A stretch of 52,656 nucleotides of DNA, the filler included, from Catajapyx aquilonaris (Eukaryota), in the NCBI GenBank assembly GCA_000934665.2. It is 2 parts of 2 records of this genome, joined end to end, with 100 filler letters (N's around TTAATTAATTAA, not from the genome) between each part and the next. Parts side by side here need not be neighbours in the genome. Positions count along the whole stretch, not along the records: positions 26,376 to 52,656 come from JYFJ02005229.1; 1 more part is not named here. The stretch is one strand, 5' to 3'. Below the pieces are notes generated by a model that saw only the letters and a program-made list of their open reading frames with translations, did not search any database and was not told the origin of the DNA. Below are positions 37,501 through 49,631 of this stretch, piece by piece. A program made the position numbers and the translations under genes. Positions within the stretch are counted from its first letter, which is position 1. The number at the start of each line of letters is the position of its first letter.

Positions 37501-40500
37501 AGTATGTGAAGAATCAGGATGCCCTTCACATGGATATTGCATTCAATACGGAGCGTTCCATAGAAGATGAACTGGAGAGAGAATCACAGTCAGAGATATC
37601 TACTATAGTCATCAGCTACATGATTATGTTTGCATATATTGCAGTTGCACTGGGCCACTGGACCAGTTTTAAGAGACTTTTCGTGAGTGGAAGTTTATGC
37701 TTATAATTTATTGAGTGAGAACAAGAGTTTTGGAATGAATTTGAGATGCAAGCATAAGCAAGAAGTAAATGGAAGAATGGGAAGTTTGCTTCTTGCTCTC
37801 ACTCACATTTTTGCTACAACTTATTATTATTGCTTGGGAACACATTTTGATGTCTTGATATCGAAATATGGTTTCACTACTTTACACCTAATAGTTGTTG
37901 ATGGTATTTAGATCATGTGTCCTGTATTTTTCAGATTGAGAGTAAGGGTACACTGGGCATGGGTGGAGTGGTGATAGTATTGGTGTCAGTGGCAGCCTCA
38001 GTTGGTTTCTTTGGCTACCTTGGAGTGGCAGCCACCCTCATCATCATTGAAGTGATTCCTTTTTTGGTCCTGGCTGTTGGAGTGGACAACATATTCATTT
38101 TGGTTCAGGCATACCAGAGGGATGTACGGCAGCCTGGAGAAGATCATGCGCAGCACATTGGCCGCATTGTAGGGGAAGTTGCCCCATCTATGCTTTTGAC
38201 CAGTGTATCAGAGTGTTGCTGCTTTTTCCTAGGTGAGATCATGCTTTTGAGATTTTGCTCACATAAGCTTGAAGTGGTGCTCATAAATGTGTTGGTTATT
38301 GTTTCCAGGTGGATTGTCAGACATGCCAGCAGTAAGAGCCTTTGCATTTTATGCTGGAATGGCCCTTCTATTGGATTTCTTGCTACAGATTACATGCTTC
38401 GTGGCATTACTCTCACTTGACACGTGGCGGCAAGAGGTATGTTGACAGGTGGAATCATGTTTCACCTGTGAGTCTTAGCATATGTAGTTCTAGGGGGGAG
38501 GAATGCAGAAAAGCACAAAGCATCAGGGGATGATTATTGAAAAACTGGATGTGGAGCTTGGATGGCTAATTCAATTTGGCCTAATATTAGCACCTAATGC
38601 TGGTAACTGTTTCAAAGTAACTGCTTGAAAACTAGCCCCTCAAAGCAAAAATATGGCTAACCATTGGAAAACCATTGTTGGGAACACAATGTCTAGGATT
38701 GCGAGATTGGCAGTTGTGTTTATTGAAGTGATGTTATATTTGTATGTACTTGAAATGTCAGGAGTTTTATTATAATTAATAGAAAAGTACTATAAAGATT
38801 ATTCTGAAAGGTTTATTTCAGGAACCCATACAGTTCTAGTGCAATGCAGGAATACCGTGTAATATAGGGATAGTGATGTGGAGGATCAGATAATAAAGAA
38901 TAAAGAGCAAATGAAGATTATGAATATTTGGATTGGATCACCCTTTCCGTCTGAGATGGGCAGGGTTGGGGGTAGTTTATATTTTTACTTTTGCAAGTGT
39001 TAATTTAGTTTACATGTGGGGTTAACTTGAGTCTCCTTTCATTGCTGACTACCCCTTATAGGGAAAGGTTATGATGGTGGTGGTGTTTGGATTGGATCAC
39101 TAGTTTGAAAGTTTGGCTAACATTGAGCTAAAAAGAATATTTTAATTGCAGCACAATCGCTTTGATGTTTGCTGTTGTGTGGAAGGGTCCAAGCTGAAGG
39201 ACACCACAACAACAGAGTCAACCATGTACAAGCTGTTCAAGCATTTCTATGCCCCTTTCCTCCTGAATGGAGTGGTGAGAGCCCTAGTCTTTATTTTCTT
39301 TTTTGCTTGGTTGTGCACAAGCATATCTGTGGTGCCCAAGATTGAGGTTGGCCTGGACCAAGAATTATCCATGCCAGAAGACTCCTATGTACTCAAGTAC
39401 TTTAGGGTAAGTGCAAGGCATATTGTTTAAGTCTGGACTGATAAATCTGCATAATGAAAAATAGGCGGGTGATTCAGAAAGCATTGCAATGGTTTGTATA
39501 TGTAAGAGACTGGTGAATGAGCAATATATGGACCATTACAGGCCTTCTGTGTAATCTCCATTCGTTTCAATGACCCCAGTCTTTTTTGGATGGTTGGGGT
39601 GCCCATAGCAACACTTCTCCACACACAGTCTGAATCCTAATGAAGGAATGTAGATCTTCCTTTGTAACGTGACCTGAGCTACTCCCCACATCCATTTTCA
39701 CTGTGTACCACTTGCTGACCTCTGCACCTAAAGCTAGACAGAAGGCACTCTACAGGCTGGCACAGTCGATCAGATTTTGTCTTAGCCATTTGGCCATGAA
39801 TTAATCAATTGTGGGACTTTCTGAATCACTCGTATGATATTCTGTTACTAAGGAAATGTTTAGATAAACTTAGTTCTTGCTGAGGTTATTCCTTAATGAA
39901 CGTCTCTTTTATTTCAGTACATGTTTCAGTTCTTATCTGTTGGGCCACCAGTATACTTTGTAGTGACAGATGGACTTGACTACTCAAAACTTGATGTACA
40001 GAACAAAATATGCAGTGGGCTTGGATGTGACTCAGATTCACTAACTGCTCAGATTTATATGGCATCCCAGAAATCTAACAGGTGGGTGTTAACAACCACA
40101 GAATTCTATGTCGTCTACAATTGAAAGTGTACCATGTCCACGAAGGGGGAAGTGTTTGAGATAACTACAGCACTTCACTAGGCAGATGAGATGAAATGTA
40201 ATAAGGAAGATTATATGAATAGTCTAATGGACTCTTTTAGAAATCGTAATCCATGTGGCTCTTTTCTTCTTCTTCACTTCAGAAATATGCAAGTTTTCTC
40301 ACACATTTCATTTGTTATTTTAATTCAGTCTTCTGCGGAAGCCGGCAGTCATTTTTTACATGCCACTTGGCAGGCAATATGCTGTGTCTCTTGAATGGGA
40401 GAGAACACTAGAATGTGACATTATATAATGGAGTCATATCCTGAGAATAGTGGTAGTGTTTTTGGAGCATTGTATTAATGAACACTGAGTTGTTGGGATG

Positions 40501-43500
40501 CAAGGAATGTGTACAGGTTGTGTGGAAGGGGTCAGACACTTTAATAATATGACATTTAAAAGATGTGCTTCATTATCTACTGATTCTTTCTGATGTTATG
40601 GATGTATCTGGCCTGGTGAAACCAGTCATAGATTCTGATTTTTTGATATGTGCATGTGTGACAGTCTTCTCTGCTATTACATGTGGTACATGTGTGATTA
40701 CAGAACATATATTGCAAGACCACCATCTTCATGGTTAGATGACTACATTGATTGGTCTAACTTTAACATGGATGATTACGCTGGCGGATATCCATGCTGT
40801 CGGGTCCATGAAGATGGGCATACCTTTTGTCCAGCTACTGATGGTAAGCATATATTAAATCATGCACGTTTATTATTAAGAAGGTAAGGTACAGTGTAGG
40901 TGCTCTCCTTTTGCAGAAGAGAATGAATGTGAAAACTGTGAAATTCAATTTGAAAATGGGAGGCCAGATGCAGAATCTTTTAAACGCTACCTGCCTTGGT
41001 TCCTGCAAGACAATCCAGGGGAGCAGTGTCCAAAAGGAGGACATGCTGGATATGCCCAGGTACAGTACATTTTTAGTTGCTATCAAAGTAAGTGGCACAA
41101 GTGCATGCTTCAGTGAATCACTACTGAAATTAACTTAAGGAAAACTGGGTTCTTTTACTGGATCTAGGACAGGGCTATTCAATTGGCGGACCGCGACGAT
41201 GTACAGGATAGTTTTAAGTAGCATTAGAAATTACTAATTAATGATTTTTTGGAAAAAGTGCTACCAATTTTATCAAATACACACCAATTCAAATCTCCCA
41301 CTTTCACCTAAGCTCGTGTGACCTTCAACCCCCTCCCCTCCAAAAAATGTGCCTGTTATGGCTTGTTCACCTTGTGCTTATGAAATGGGCTTCCCTCTGA
41401 AATTTTTCTACCTACGTGCCTGTACAGGACATCATAAAGGGCGAAAATGTCTTAATAGGCTCTTCTACCCGTGCTGCACATTTTTCTATTTTCAAAATTG
41501 AACATCAAGTTTGTATGTTCAGAAAATTCTCACTCACTTTCGGACTACCTAGAGACTCAATGTTGGCATGCTGTCATCTAATTAGCTGAAACTCCAGGGC
41601 GAAGTTCAAAAATTCCAATTTTAAAGGGACACTCCACTCAAAATGCAAGTTGGGCTCTAAAAATCGGGCAAAAAATCCTGATTCCGAGTGTATAAGCAGT
41701 TTTTCTGAGAGACGAACGGTAAGGCCAGGGCGAGCCGTCAAAGTTAGGCAATTCGCATCTGCCGCAAAACAGCAGCGCCTCCCCCGGGACTGGGCAGAAA
41801 TTGGGATAATCTTGCGCCATCTTGATCCACGCCATGGTCCGCGCCATCTTTGGTCCGTCCCACAGGTTCATCCCGCCACCTCTTGACCCGACCCGACTTT
41901 CAGCCCTAAATCACTTTCGCCTAGGGCCCGGTGGCGGCGCTCACGGCGGTGGCGGACTGGGCTGGCGGGGCAGCTCATTAGCAGACGACGCAAATTCTGA
42001 GTCTTTAACCCCTCGTCCTGGCTCTTCTGTTCCGCGTAGAAAAAAACCGATTGCACCTTCGGAATCAGGATTTTTTGCCCGATTTTTAGAGCCCAACTTG
42101 CATTTTGAGTGGAGTGTCCCTTTAATGCTTTCTTTTCTACTCGCATGTTTTTGTTTGTTTGTTTGTTTGTTTGTTTGTTTGTTTGTTTTTTTTTNGGGGG
42201 GGGGGGGGGGTGTGTTCTCCCACTTTTTCACACAATCAAAATCCATCACGACATAGTCAATGATTCAAGTCAAGGGAAAAAAGAGGGCCTAAAAGCCCCC
42301 AGTCGAGTAGACCTATCATAGGGTATCCAGTATTAATTTATTGTTCTTATTATATGAAGTACTGTGGAAAAATATTTGTGATTATTAAAATATTAATGTT
42401 TCCTTTGCTATTAGGGAGTGAAGTGGAAGCGTGAATCAAACACAAGCGTGGAAGTTGGCTCCAACTACTTTATGACATATCACACTATCCTGAAAACATC
42501 TAAGGACTATTATGAGGCCTTGGAATGGGCTCGTGCAATATCAGCTAATATAACCGACACCTTGAATGCAGATCGTCCATCAGAAGCTCCAGCAGTGGAG
42601 GTGTTCCCCTACAGCGTGTTTTATGTGTTTTATGAGCAGTACCTGACCATGTGGAGGGATGTTCTGACTTCCCTTGGAATTTCACTGGCCGCCATATTTG
42701 TAGTCACCTTCCTGCTGATGGGGTTAGACATCTACTCCTCGTTGATTGTCATTGTCACAATCACCATGATCGTCACCAATCTGGGAGGGCTTATGTACTG
42801 GTGGGGCATCTCCCTGAATGCAGTCTCACTAGTCAACCTGGTCATGGCCGTTGGAATTGCCGTCGAATTCTGCAGTCACATAGTACATGCCTTTGCGGTT
42901 TCTGATGAGGAAGGGAGGGTGGCCAGGGCGCAAGATGCCCTCATCAACATGGGCAGCTCTGTAAGTATTGGGATTTGGGATCAAGCACTCTGTTGGTACT
43001 GTCAACTAAGTTTCAAGACACCTGAAAAAGTCATTCAATTTTAATTATGTGGCTAATAATTAGGTGACATACAGTAGATGCCACATTCCTTATTTCATAG
43101 GCGAGTTGTTAGAACTAATAGTGGGTGTGAAAATATTAAATGTGTGACAAGATGTCTAAAATTTATCAGGTTGTGGTTGTCTGATGCTTGTCAGTAAAAT
43201 AATTCAATGTATTAGTGCTGATTGCGAGTTAATAGTGCTTTTATAATTGTTACTACATTTTAGGTGCTGTCTGGAATCACCTTGACCAAGTTTGGTGGGA
43301 TTGTCGTCCTAGGATTTGCGAAGTCTCAGATCTTCCAGGTGTTTTACTTCCGGATGTATCTAGGAATAGTGCTCTTTGGAGCAGCACATGGACTAATATT
43401 TTTGCCAGTTCTTCTCAGTTATGTTGGTGAGTGACACATTTTATATGATAAATTGTGTTAGTTTTTAGTGTCAGGTGTGTTGATGTAACACTTAATGTCT

Positions 43501-43610
43501 TTTCAGGTCCACCCGCAAGAAAATCTAAGCGGCTAAGCTTTGAAAAAGATGGCTTGCCTAAAATGGAATTTTCACATAATGCTGGTCAGCATGAAACAAA
43601 GGTGAGCTAA
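28373..43610 (+). CDS. NPC1: NPC intracellular cholesterol transporter 1 (Niemann-Pick C1 family), 18 identified coding exons; signal-peptide exon not identified
   Basis: Exons 28373-28511, 29185-29666, 30485-30680, 32395-32526, 35851-35982, 36085-36404, 36490-36674, 37171-37395, 37481-37682, 37935-38232, 38309-38436, 39152-39406, 39918-40081, 40704-40843, 40917-41059, 42415-42960, 43264-43426, 43507-43610. All introns are GT-AG with matching phases; total 3954 nt = 1317 aa + stop. Motifs: [67 protein letters not shown] (sterol-sensing domain), [93 protein letters not shown]. Confidence 0.96.
28751..29027 (-). mobile_element. Non-autonomous Helitron in an NPC1 intron
   Basis: Minus strand: A|TCTATATTATTAA 5' end, 3' hairpin TTGCCAAA-T-TTTGGCAA, then CTAG|T; internal (GA/G)-rich microsatellite. 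Confidence 0.75.
29185..29666 (+). CDS. NPC1: NPC1 exon, N-terminal sterol-binding domain
   Basis: [26 protein letters not shown]; ccag| and |gtaaat. Confidence 0.95.
30485..30680 (+). CDS. NPC1: NPC1 exon, NTD end, proline linker, TM1
   Basis: [18 protein letters not shown] then a hydrophobic helix; gcag| and |gtgagt. Confidence 0.95.
31296..31530. mobile_element. Degenerate TIR MITE in an NPC1 intron
   Basis: GTGGTGAAAAAAGGTGATAACC versus GGTTATCACCTTTTCCCACCAC. Confidence 0.5.
32395..32526 (+). CDS. NPC1: NPC1 exon, cytosolic loop after TM1 (symmetric phase 1-1)
   Basis: ttttgcag|...[17 protein letters not shown]..|gtatgt; open frame, phases fit. Confidence 0.7.
35851..36674 (+). CDS. 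NPC1: NPC1 exons 35851-35982, 36085-36404, 36490-36674 (TM2, middle lumenal domain)
   Basis: [37 protein letters not shown]. Confidence 0.95.
37171..38436 (+). CDS. NPC1: NPC1 exons 37171-37395, 37481-37682, 37935-38232, 38309-38436 (MLD end, sterol-sensing domain)
   Basis: [50 protein letters not shown]. Confidence 0.96.
38942..39085 (+). mobile_element. 5'-truncated non-LTR retroelement 3' end
   Basis: 15-bp TSD TTTGGATTGGATCAC (38927-38941, 39086-39100); (TGG)n tail. Confidence 0.7.
39152..41059 (+). CDS. NPC1: NPC1 exons 39152-39406, 39918-40081, 40704-40843, 40917-41059 (TM8, C-terminal lumenal domain)
   Basis: [46 protein letters not shown]. Confidence 0.95.
41625..42121. mobile_element. 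Kolobok-like non-autonomous DNA transposon in an NPC1 intron
   Basis: TTAA TSD; ~62-bp perfect TIR beginning AGGGACACTCCACTCAAAATG. Confidence 0.82.
42415..43610 (+). CDS. NPC1: NPC1 exons 42415-42960, 43264-43426, 43507-43610 (TM9-13, tail)
   Basis: [54 protein letters not shown]; the end of the last exon is uncertain (donor at 43602). Confidence 0.94.
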
Positions 43611-45198
43611 TGGAGAGGATTTTTGTGATCATAATATAAAAAGGATATATTGCAGGAAAATACATAATCTGTGATAATTGACTACAGTGCAGCATTACTT
43701 TCTGAAGCCAAATGCTTTCAGAAACATACCGAGGCATTTGAAAAGTCAGCATACTTCCAGACTAATCTGCGATATTTTTCTTGGTGTGCAGGCATGAGGA
43801 TGGTACTTGTGGCCAGCCAACGCGTCCAAAGACTTGAATCAATATTTCCAATATTTTCTCAGCCAAGAGTCAAGTGAAGGGGGGAGTATGATTTATAGAT
43901 CTTAACTAAGAATTCTGATCTGATGGCTTAACTGGTAGACAGATTTTGGACATCTACTCCCATCATACCTGGAAGCGGGAAAAATATGCTAAGCCATGCA
44001 TGTGGCCAGCATATCCCAGTGCATTTAGTGCTTTAAAAAAATACATCCCCCCCATCCCTTCCAAAGTTGTATTTCTTTTGTATGTGAAACTCTCTATGCT
44101 TTTCGGGACAAAGCTGAGTTTTACAGTGAGTTGGGCCCAAAGTGCTGTTTTTTGCGGTGGACTTGGAACATTCCGTCTCCACTCTCAGTGCCTCATGAGT
44201 ATTCATGTTCCCATTTTCCCCCTCCATGGAGCTGAGACATCTGAAGACAAGATTTAACAAAAGGACATTAGTGGCATAAGTGAAATTAATGCTCTCTGGC
44301 TGTAAGGTTCACAGTGACACTTAATTGAGCTGAACCACTACACGCATGTAACTTAAGATCAACTGCGCTTAAAGTAGGCATAGAGTATTACCAAATGGTT
44401 GTGAAAGAATTAGAAATGTCAGGCACAGCAGAAACATTGTGGCACATTGATCAGTGGCATGTGGCAACCTATTTTATACTCGCTGTGGTTTGCTTAGGGT
44501 GCAGTCAGCCATGGTTGCGATGCAAAATCCCATTTTTGTATCACTTTTGTACAAGACAATAGGTGTTCGAAATGGATTGCAACACATGCAAACAACAGTA
44601 AATCACTTAGCTTCACACTCAGCCATGTTTATCAAACTCGGAAGTGGTAATTTTGTAGTCATGGAACCACAACAATTGTTTGCTCAGTGTATTATTTTTG
44701 TGCCTCTTGAGACTTTGATGCAAAGAGTGAGTGAGATTTTAGGAGTGGATTTTGCAGTGTGTCAGAGAAGAGTGGATGGAGGCTACCTATTGTAAGTGAT
44801 GATAATGCTATTATATTAATGATTAAATGACTGGAAGTAAATGTGTGGTTTGCTTTATGTAATCAGTTGCTTTTAAGGAGGACCTGTCCCATTATCCTTC
44901 AATCCTATCATAAGTAAATTAATCATTTTGGTAATTGGGGAGTTTAGGTCGGCGCGAAATACAGCTCTGTTGTGATACTTAATTGAAAAACGAGTGTGCA
45001 GGGACCTAGTACTGACGCAGAGGAGTGCGGCAATTGCAATTTCAGCGCAAAAAACCGCGTAGAACAGAAGTTACAGGAATAATAACATTACGTGTTGTAC
45101 TTACATTACATGTTCCGATTTCACCTGGCGGCGGTCAAGTTTGTTTACTTACAGCGATACCAATAGTCACCCTGATCGATACTCGATGCCATTCGAAA

Positions 45199-47428
45199 AT
45201 GGAGGGCTTTCAAGTTCGAAAGTGCGAAGGATGTCTCCTGACAAGTTTCTTATTCTTCCCGATGGCCACTGTGCGCGAGGATCTACTCAAGTTTCTGTTA
45301 AACCATGGACTCATAAGTGACAAGCATACGTATTTGTGGACTTTGTGGGAGTGGATGCCAAGTGCATTGGGAGAAGAACACCTTCACTTGTGAGAGGACT
45401 GTCTCGCTCCCAAAGAAAAAAAGGAGGCGCCACAAGTATACCCGTTCCATTTTCACTGGTACATTTTTTGAGCGCTCTCACCTTCCTATTCAGACGATCT
45501 GTGGCATAGTATTTCAATGGCTGACGAGAGATCCTCCTCGGCAGCAATTCCTAGAGAGAGATATGGGAATTGATCACAAGACCGCCATAGACTGGTCTTC
45601 ATTTTGTCGTGAGGTGTTGATTAACTGGGCAGTTGGGCACACGGAGAAGATTGGTGGGGAAGGAGAAGTGGTAGAAGTGGATGAGGCTAAATTTGGAAAG
45701 AGGAAATACAATCGCGGGAGATTAATAGATGGCCAGTGGGTGTTTGGAGGCATACTGCGAAGTAACCCGAAGAAGGTGTTCATGGTAATGGTAGACAGGC
45801 GAACTAGTGAAGCTCTATTGTCAGTCATTCAGGACAAGATATATGACGGCACTACTATTATGAGCGACTGTTGGAGGGCTTACGATTGTCTGGAGAGGGA
45901 AGGATATGAGCACCTAACAGTGAACCATTCCGTAAATTTCGTGGATCCACACACTGGAGCCCACACACAAAACATCGAAAGAACGTGGAGGGAGGTTCGC
46001 TCAAAAGTCCCTAGGTAGGCCCTTCAATTTCCTACGAAACTACGACTTTTGGCTGTTAGTCTACTGGTTGCCGTGTCACGCACGAGCGACGTACCGTGCC
46101 TGGCAGGGCCACAAGACGGACAGTATTGTTGCGGTCACCCCAAAGCCATACAGATGACACCGACACAACGGGAAGGGCCTCTTTCGTTAATCAATCTGAT
46201 GGTTGGCAAAGCCACAATAGTGTTCGTTGGCCTGCGGCGCCACAAGACGGACAGTAAATGTTGCGGATACAGAAACCCACAATAAGCGCCCAGCTCCGCT
46301 ATCGCTCCGCATTAACTAAAAATATCACGCACGGGCGACGTACCGTGCCTGGCAGGGCCACAAGACGGACAGTTTTGTTGCGGTCACCCCAAAGCCACAC
46401 AGCACAGCCTTTTCCGTTAACATAGATGCAACTTGGCGTAGGCTAATAACGAAAAAGACTGTTCCCGTTGTGTTGGTGTCATCTGTATGGCTTTGGGATG
46501 ACCGCAACAATACTGTCCGTCTTGTGGCCCTGCCAGGCACGGTACGTCCCCCGTGCGTGATATTTTTAGTTAATGCGGAGCGATAGCGGAGCTGGGCGCT
46601 TATTGTGGGTTTCTGTATCCGCAACATTTACTGTCCGTCTTGTGGCGCCGCAGGCCAACAAACGTTATTGTGGCGCCGCAGGCCAACGAACACTATTGTG
46701 GCTTTGCCAACCTTCAGATTGATTAACGAAAGAGGCCCTCCCCGTTGTGTCGGTGTCATCTGTATGGCTTTGGGGTGACCGCAACAATACTGTCCGTCTT
46801 GTGGCCCTGCCAGGCCCGGTACGTCGCCCGTGCGTGATATTTTTAGTTAATGCGGAGCGATAGCGAAGCTGGGCACTTATTGTGGGTTTCTGTATCCGCA
46901 ACATTTACTGTCCGTCTTGTGGCGCCGCAGGCCAACGAACGTTATTGTGGCTTTGCCAACCCTCAGATTCAGATTGTGCGTTTTGAATCCGCAACATTTA
47001 CTGTCCGTCTTGTGGCGCCGCAGGCCAACGAACGTTATTGTGGCTTTGCCAACCTTCAACCTGACACTAATATACGTATCAGTAATTATTATTATGCCCT
47101 CATCGTGTTCAATAAATATTTCATTACGAAAATGTCACGGGAAACCAAATGATCGGCATCAGTCAAAATGTCACGGCGGCCTAAATGACCTGCAGCCAAT
47201 AGTCCGACAGCTAGTTGACCTGCAGCCAGTATATCATTTGTACTCATTGGTCACCATTAACCCTTACGTCAACTTCACATCTTAAAACGCAGGTATGGCA
47301 GAAGGAAACACCACTATGCTGGATACTTAGCGGAATTTATGTTTAAAAGGGTCTATCCTGACCACCGCGAAAGGATGCATTATTTTCTGGAAGCAGCTGC
47401 CACCTTGTACCCGCCTAACACGCAGTAA
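45199..47428 (+). pseudogene. Merlin/ISXO2-like DDE transposase: frameshift near 45328, intron-like interval 46015-47292
   Basis: CxxC zinc ribbon, DWSSFCREV, KIGGEGEVVEVDEAKFGKRKYNRGR, WVFGG, GTTIMSDCWRAY, HLTVNHS.NFVDP.TGAHTQNIE; after splicing ..VPR|YGRRKHHYAGYLAEFMFKR..TLYPPNTQ*. Confidence 0.9.
46076..47057. repeat. ~250-bp unit in tandem and inverted orientation (foldback) inside the Merlin intron
   Basis: Forward copies start at 46076 and 46325; reverse-complement copies run 46464-47057; recurring core GCCACAAGACGGACAGTA.TGTTGCGG; symmetry centre ~46432. Confidence 0.92.
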
Positions 47429-48769
47429 GGTACGTGACATATACAGTTCCTTATCGTTATAGGGCTAGAGTATCGATCAGTGTGACCTACGGTGTGACTA
47501 TTGGTATCGCTGTAAGTAAACAAACTTGACCGCCGCCAGGCGAAATCGGAACATGTAATGTAAGTACAACACGTAATGTTATTATTCCTGTAACTTCTGT
47601 TCTACGCGGTTTTTTGCGCTGAAATTGCAATTGCCGCACTCCTCTGCGTCAGTACTAGGTCCCTGCACACTCGTTTTTCAATTAAGTATCACAACAGAGC
47701 TGTATTTCGCTCGCGCCGACCTAAACTCCCCAATTACCATTATTTTTTTCATTCAGTCAGTTTATCATGGATTTTTCCCGGCTATGACCAGGTGAAGACC
47801 ACGCCTTGCCATTACAGGTGACTGAAACATGACTGTGAATCCTCCAGTGACTTGTCAGATACACACGACAGAGGATTTAATGACGAGGTAATAATAATGA
47901 CGTCGATGACATGAACAGAGTATACACGATACACATTCATCCAGTGTCAATATTATGAATACATAAATGACGAGGTAAGCAACTGGCAGGCAGCAAGAAC
48001 AAGCTCCCTCAAATCTCCCAGTCTTTCCACTTCTCATGTCACCAAAAAAGAAACTTACTGAAAATGTGCATCCACACCATGAAAAGCTTGCCACAGGATG
48101 GCATACGCAGGCAGCATTGTTAACTCTCATCACCCAGGCCATGCCGTCTCACCCACTTGTGCTGATGACAGCTATCCTCCAGGCAACATAAATCCATGAG
48201 GTTAGTATGATTGAAGATGACTCTAACTTGCATCCACACCAGTCAAAAAATTGCCATGAAATACACTGTACTCCCTATTATTATCTGTGATAATGAATGC
48301 ATAGGTGTTCCCGGATAATCAGTAAGCATCCAAAAATGGTCCTACAGGACATGAAAATTATCTGTTTGCATATTTTAAATGAACTACTGTACATAGTGTA
48401 TGCAGCTTTAAATAGGGTTTAATCAAAATAATAAAATTAACCATAGATTTTTACACGTAGTTTGTCTTTTGGATAAAGTGTGTTACATTTCTTTAGTTTC
48501 AAGCCACTGATATAGTATTTTTAAATCTTGATTTCTAGCTTTTGTTTTTAGTGATGCACAGATATAATCTGCACCCCCACCCCATATAATCTAGTCTGGG
48601 ACCTATTGAGCACAAAAATCAGGCCTAACTCTGCACTTTTTGATATGAAGGTGCCACTTGGCAAACATGTTCCCCAGGCCTTTATTATTGGCAACACTGC
48701 TGTAACATATCAGTATGGGTACACACTTGAACATTTCACACTCCATAGATGTAATCCTCAGCCATTTTA

Positions 48770-49100
48770 TGACATTTGTCCATATCCATGGAAAGCTTCG
48801 AACGCAGTCAGCAGGGTTTTTTGTGGAGGCGTCACGCAGAGACCACCCTAAGACATACTCCCCTCTTACAGAAACGAAAGCCATGTAAGGGTTCCTTCAT
48901 TTTCGTAGTTGATCATAGTCACATGTACTCATGTCAGATGAATAGGGAGAATTTTCCAACAGCTTCCATTCCCATTTCTGAAGAAAATTTCTGAACAGCA
49001 ATGGCCACATGACAGCAAGGGTTGTTGTGGAAGACAATGGGTCCCCTCGGCAACAAATCCTTCCTCTTCAGGCAAATCTGGGCAGAGACGATGTTGCAAT
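48770..49100 (-). pseudogene. Degenerate mariner transposase fragment
   Basis: IVFHNNPCCH..., PYSSDMSTCDYD, KMKEPLHGFRF spread across frames. Confidence 0.65.
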
Positions 49101-49481
49101 TATGGTATTGATGCTGCTTTCCAATTTCCATTGCCAATTTCATGCAAGTGGAGCAAGTCCATCACCAGTCCATATCCAACAGAGTTGTCACAGCTTTGAC
49201 ATGGGTCGGGTCTGTTGCAGTACGGGAGAGGGTCTTCTTTAAAAGCTTGTACGAACCTTGCAATGGTACGATACTGGAGGAAGAGTCACCACACGTCTGT
49301 ACAAGACCTTGATGGTGCTGTCTGGCAGATTTTCCATGTGAAACAGGGATCTTGATGAATCAGGGCTGTCTTAGGACGCTCACATAATGGGTACACTTTG
49401 AACAGGCACTGCTCTGCACATACTGCTGTTACTGCTTCCCAAATGGTACTGTACTGTAGGTTTCCCTCTACAGGTACAGTA

Positions 49482-49631
49482 CAAGGGGGTAACCACTAGA
49501 CTGAAAAGTGTACACTGGAGTACCAAAATCAAGGAGTACCAAGGAGTATACCAAAGAGTAAGGTACCTAAGGAGTACCTAGGAGTACCACACGCAGGTGT
49601 ACACCGGCGTACCGAAGTGGTTACCCCCTTG
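49482..49631. mobile_element. 150-bp MITE, P-superfamily-like
   Basis: 16-bp TIR CAAGGGGGTAACCACT; 8-bp TSD GTACAGTA; internal GGAGTACC repeats. Confidence 0.78.

Larger units (their letters stand above)
44930..47738 (+). mobile_element. Merlin-superfamily (IS1595/ISXO2-like) DNA transposon, full length
   Basis: ~241-bp near-identical TIRs GGTAATTGGGGAGTTTAGG... (44930-45170 / 47494-47738); 8-bp TSD atcatttt/attatttt; DDE transposase inside. Confidence 0.93.

Noticed and set aside
42148..42210. (TTTG)n and poly-G tract
   Set aside because: Ordinary simple repeat.
46076..47057. CRISPR-like recurrence of a ~28-bp core
   Set aside because: The intervening sequences are themselves repeated, orientation flips, there are no cas genes and the context is eukaryotic.
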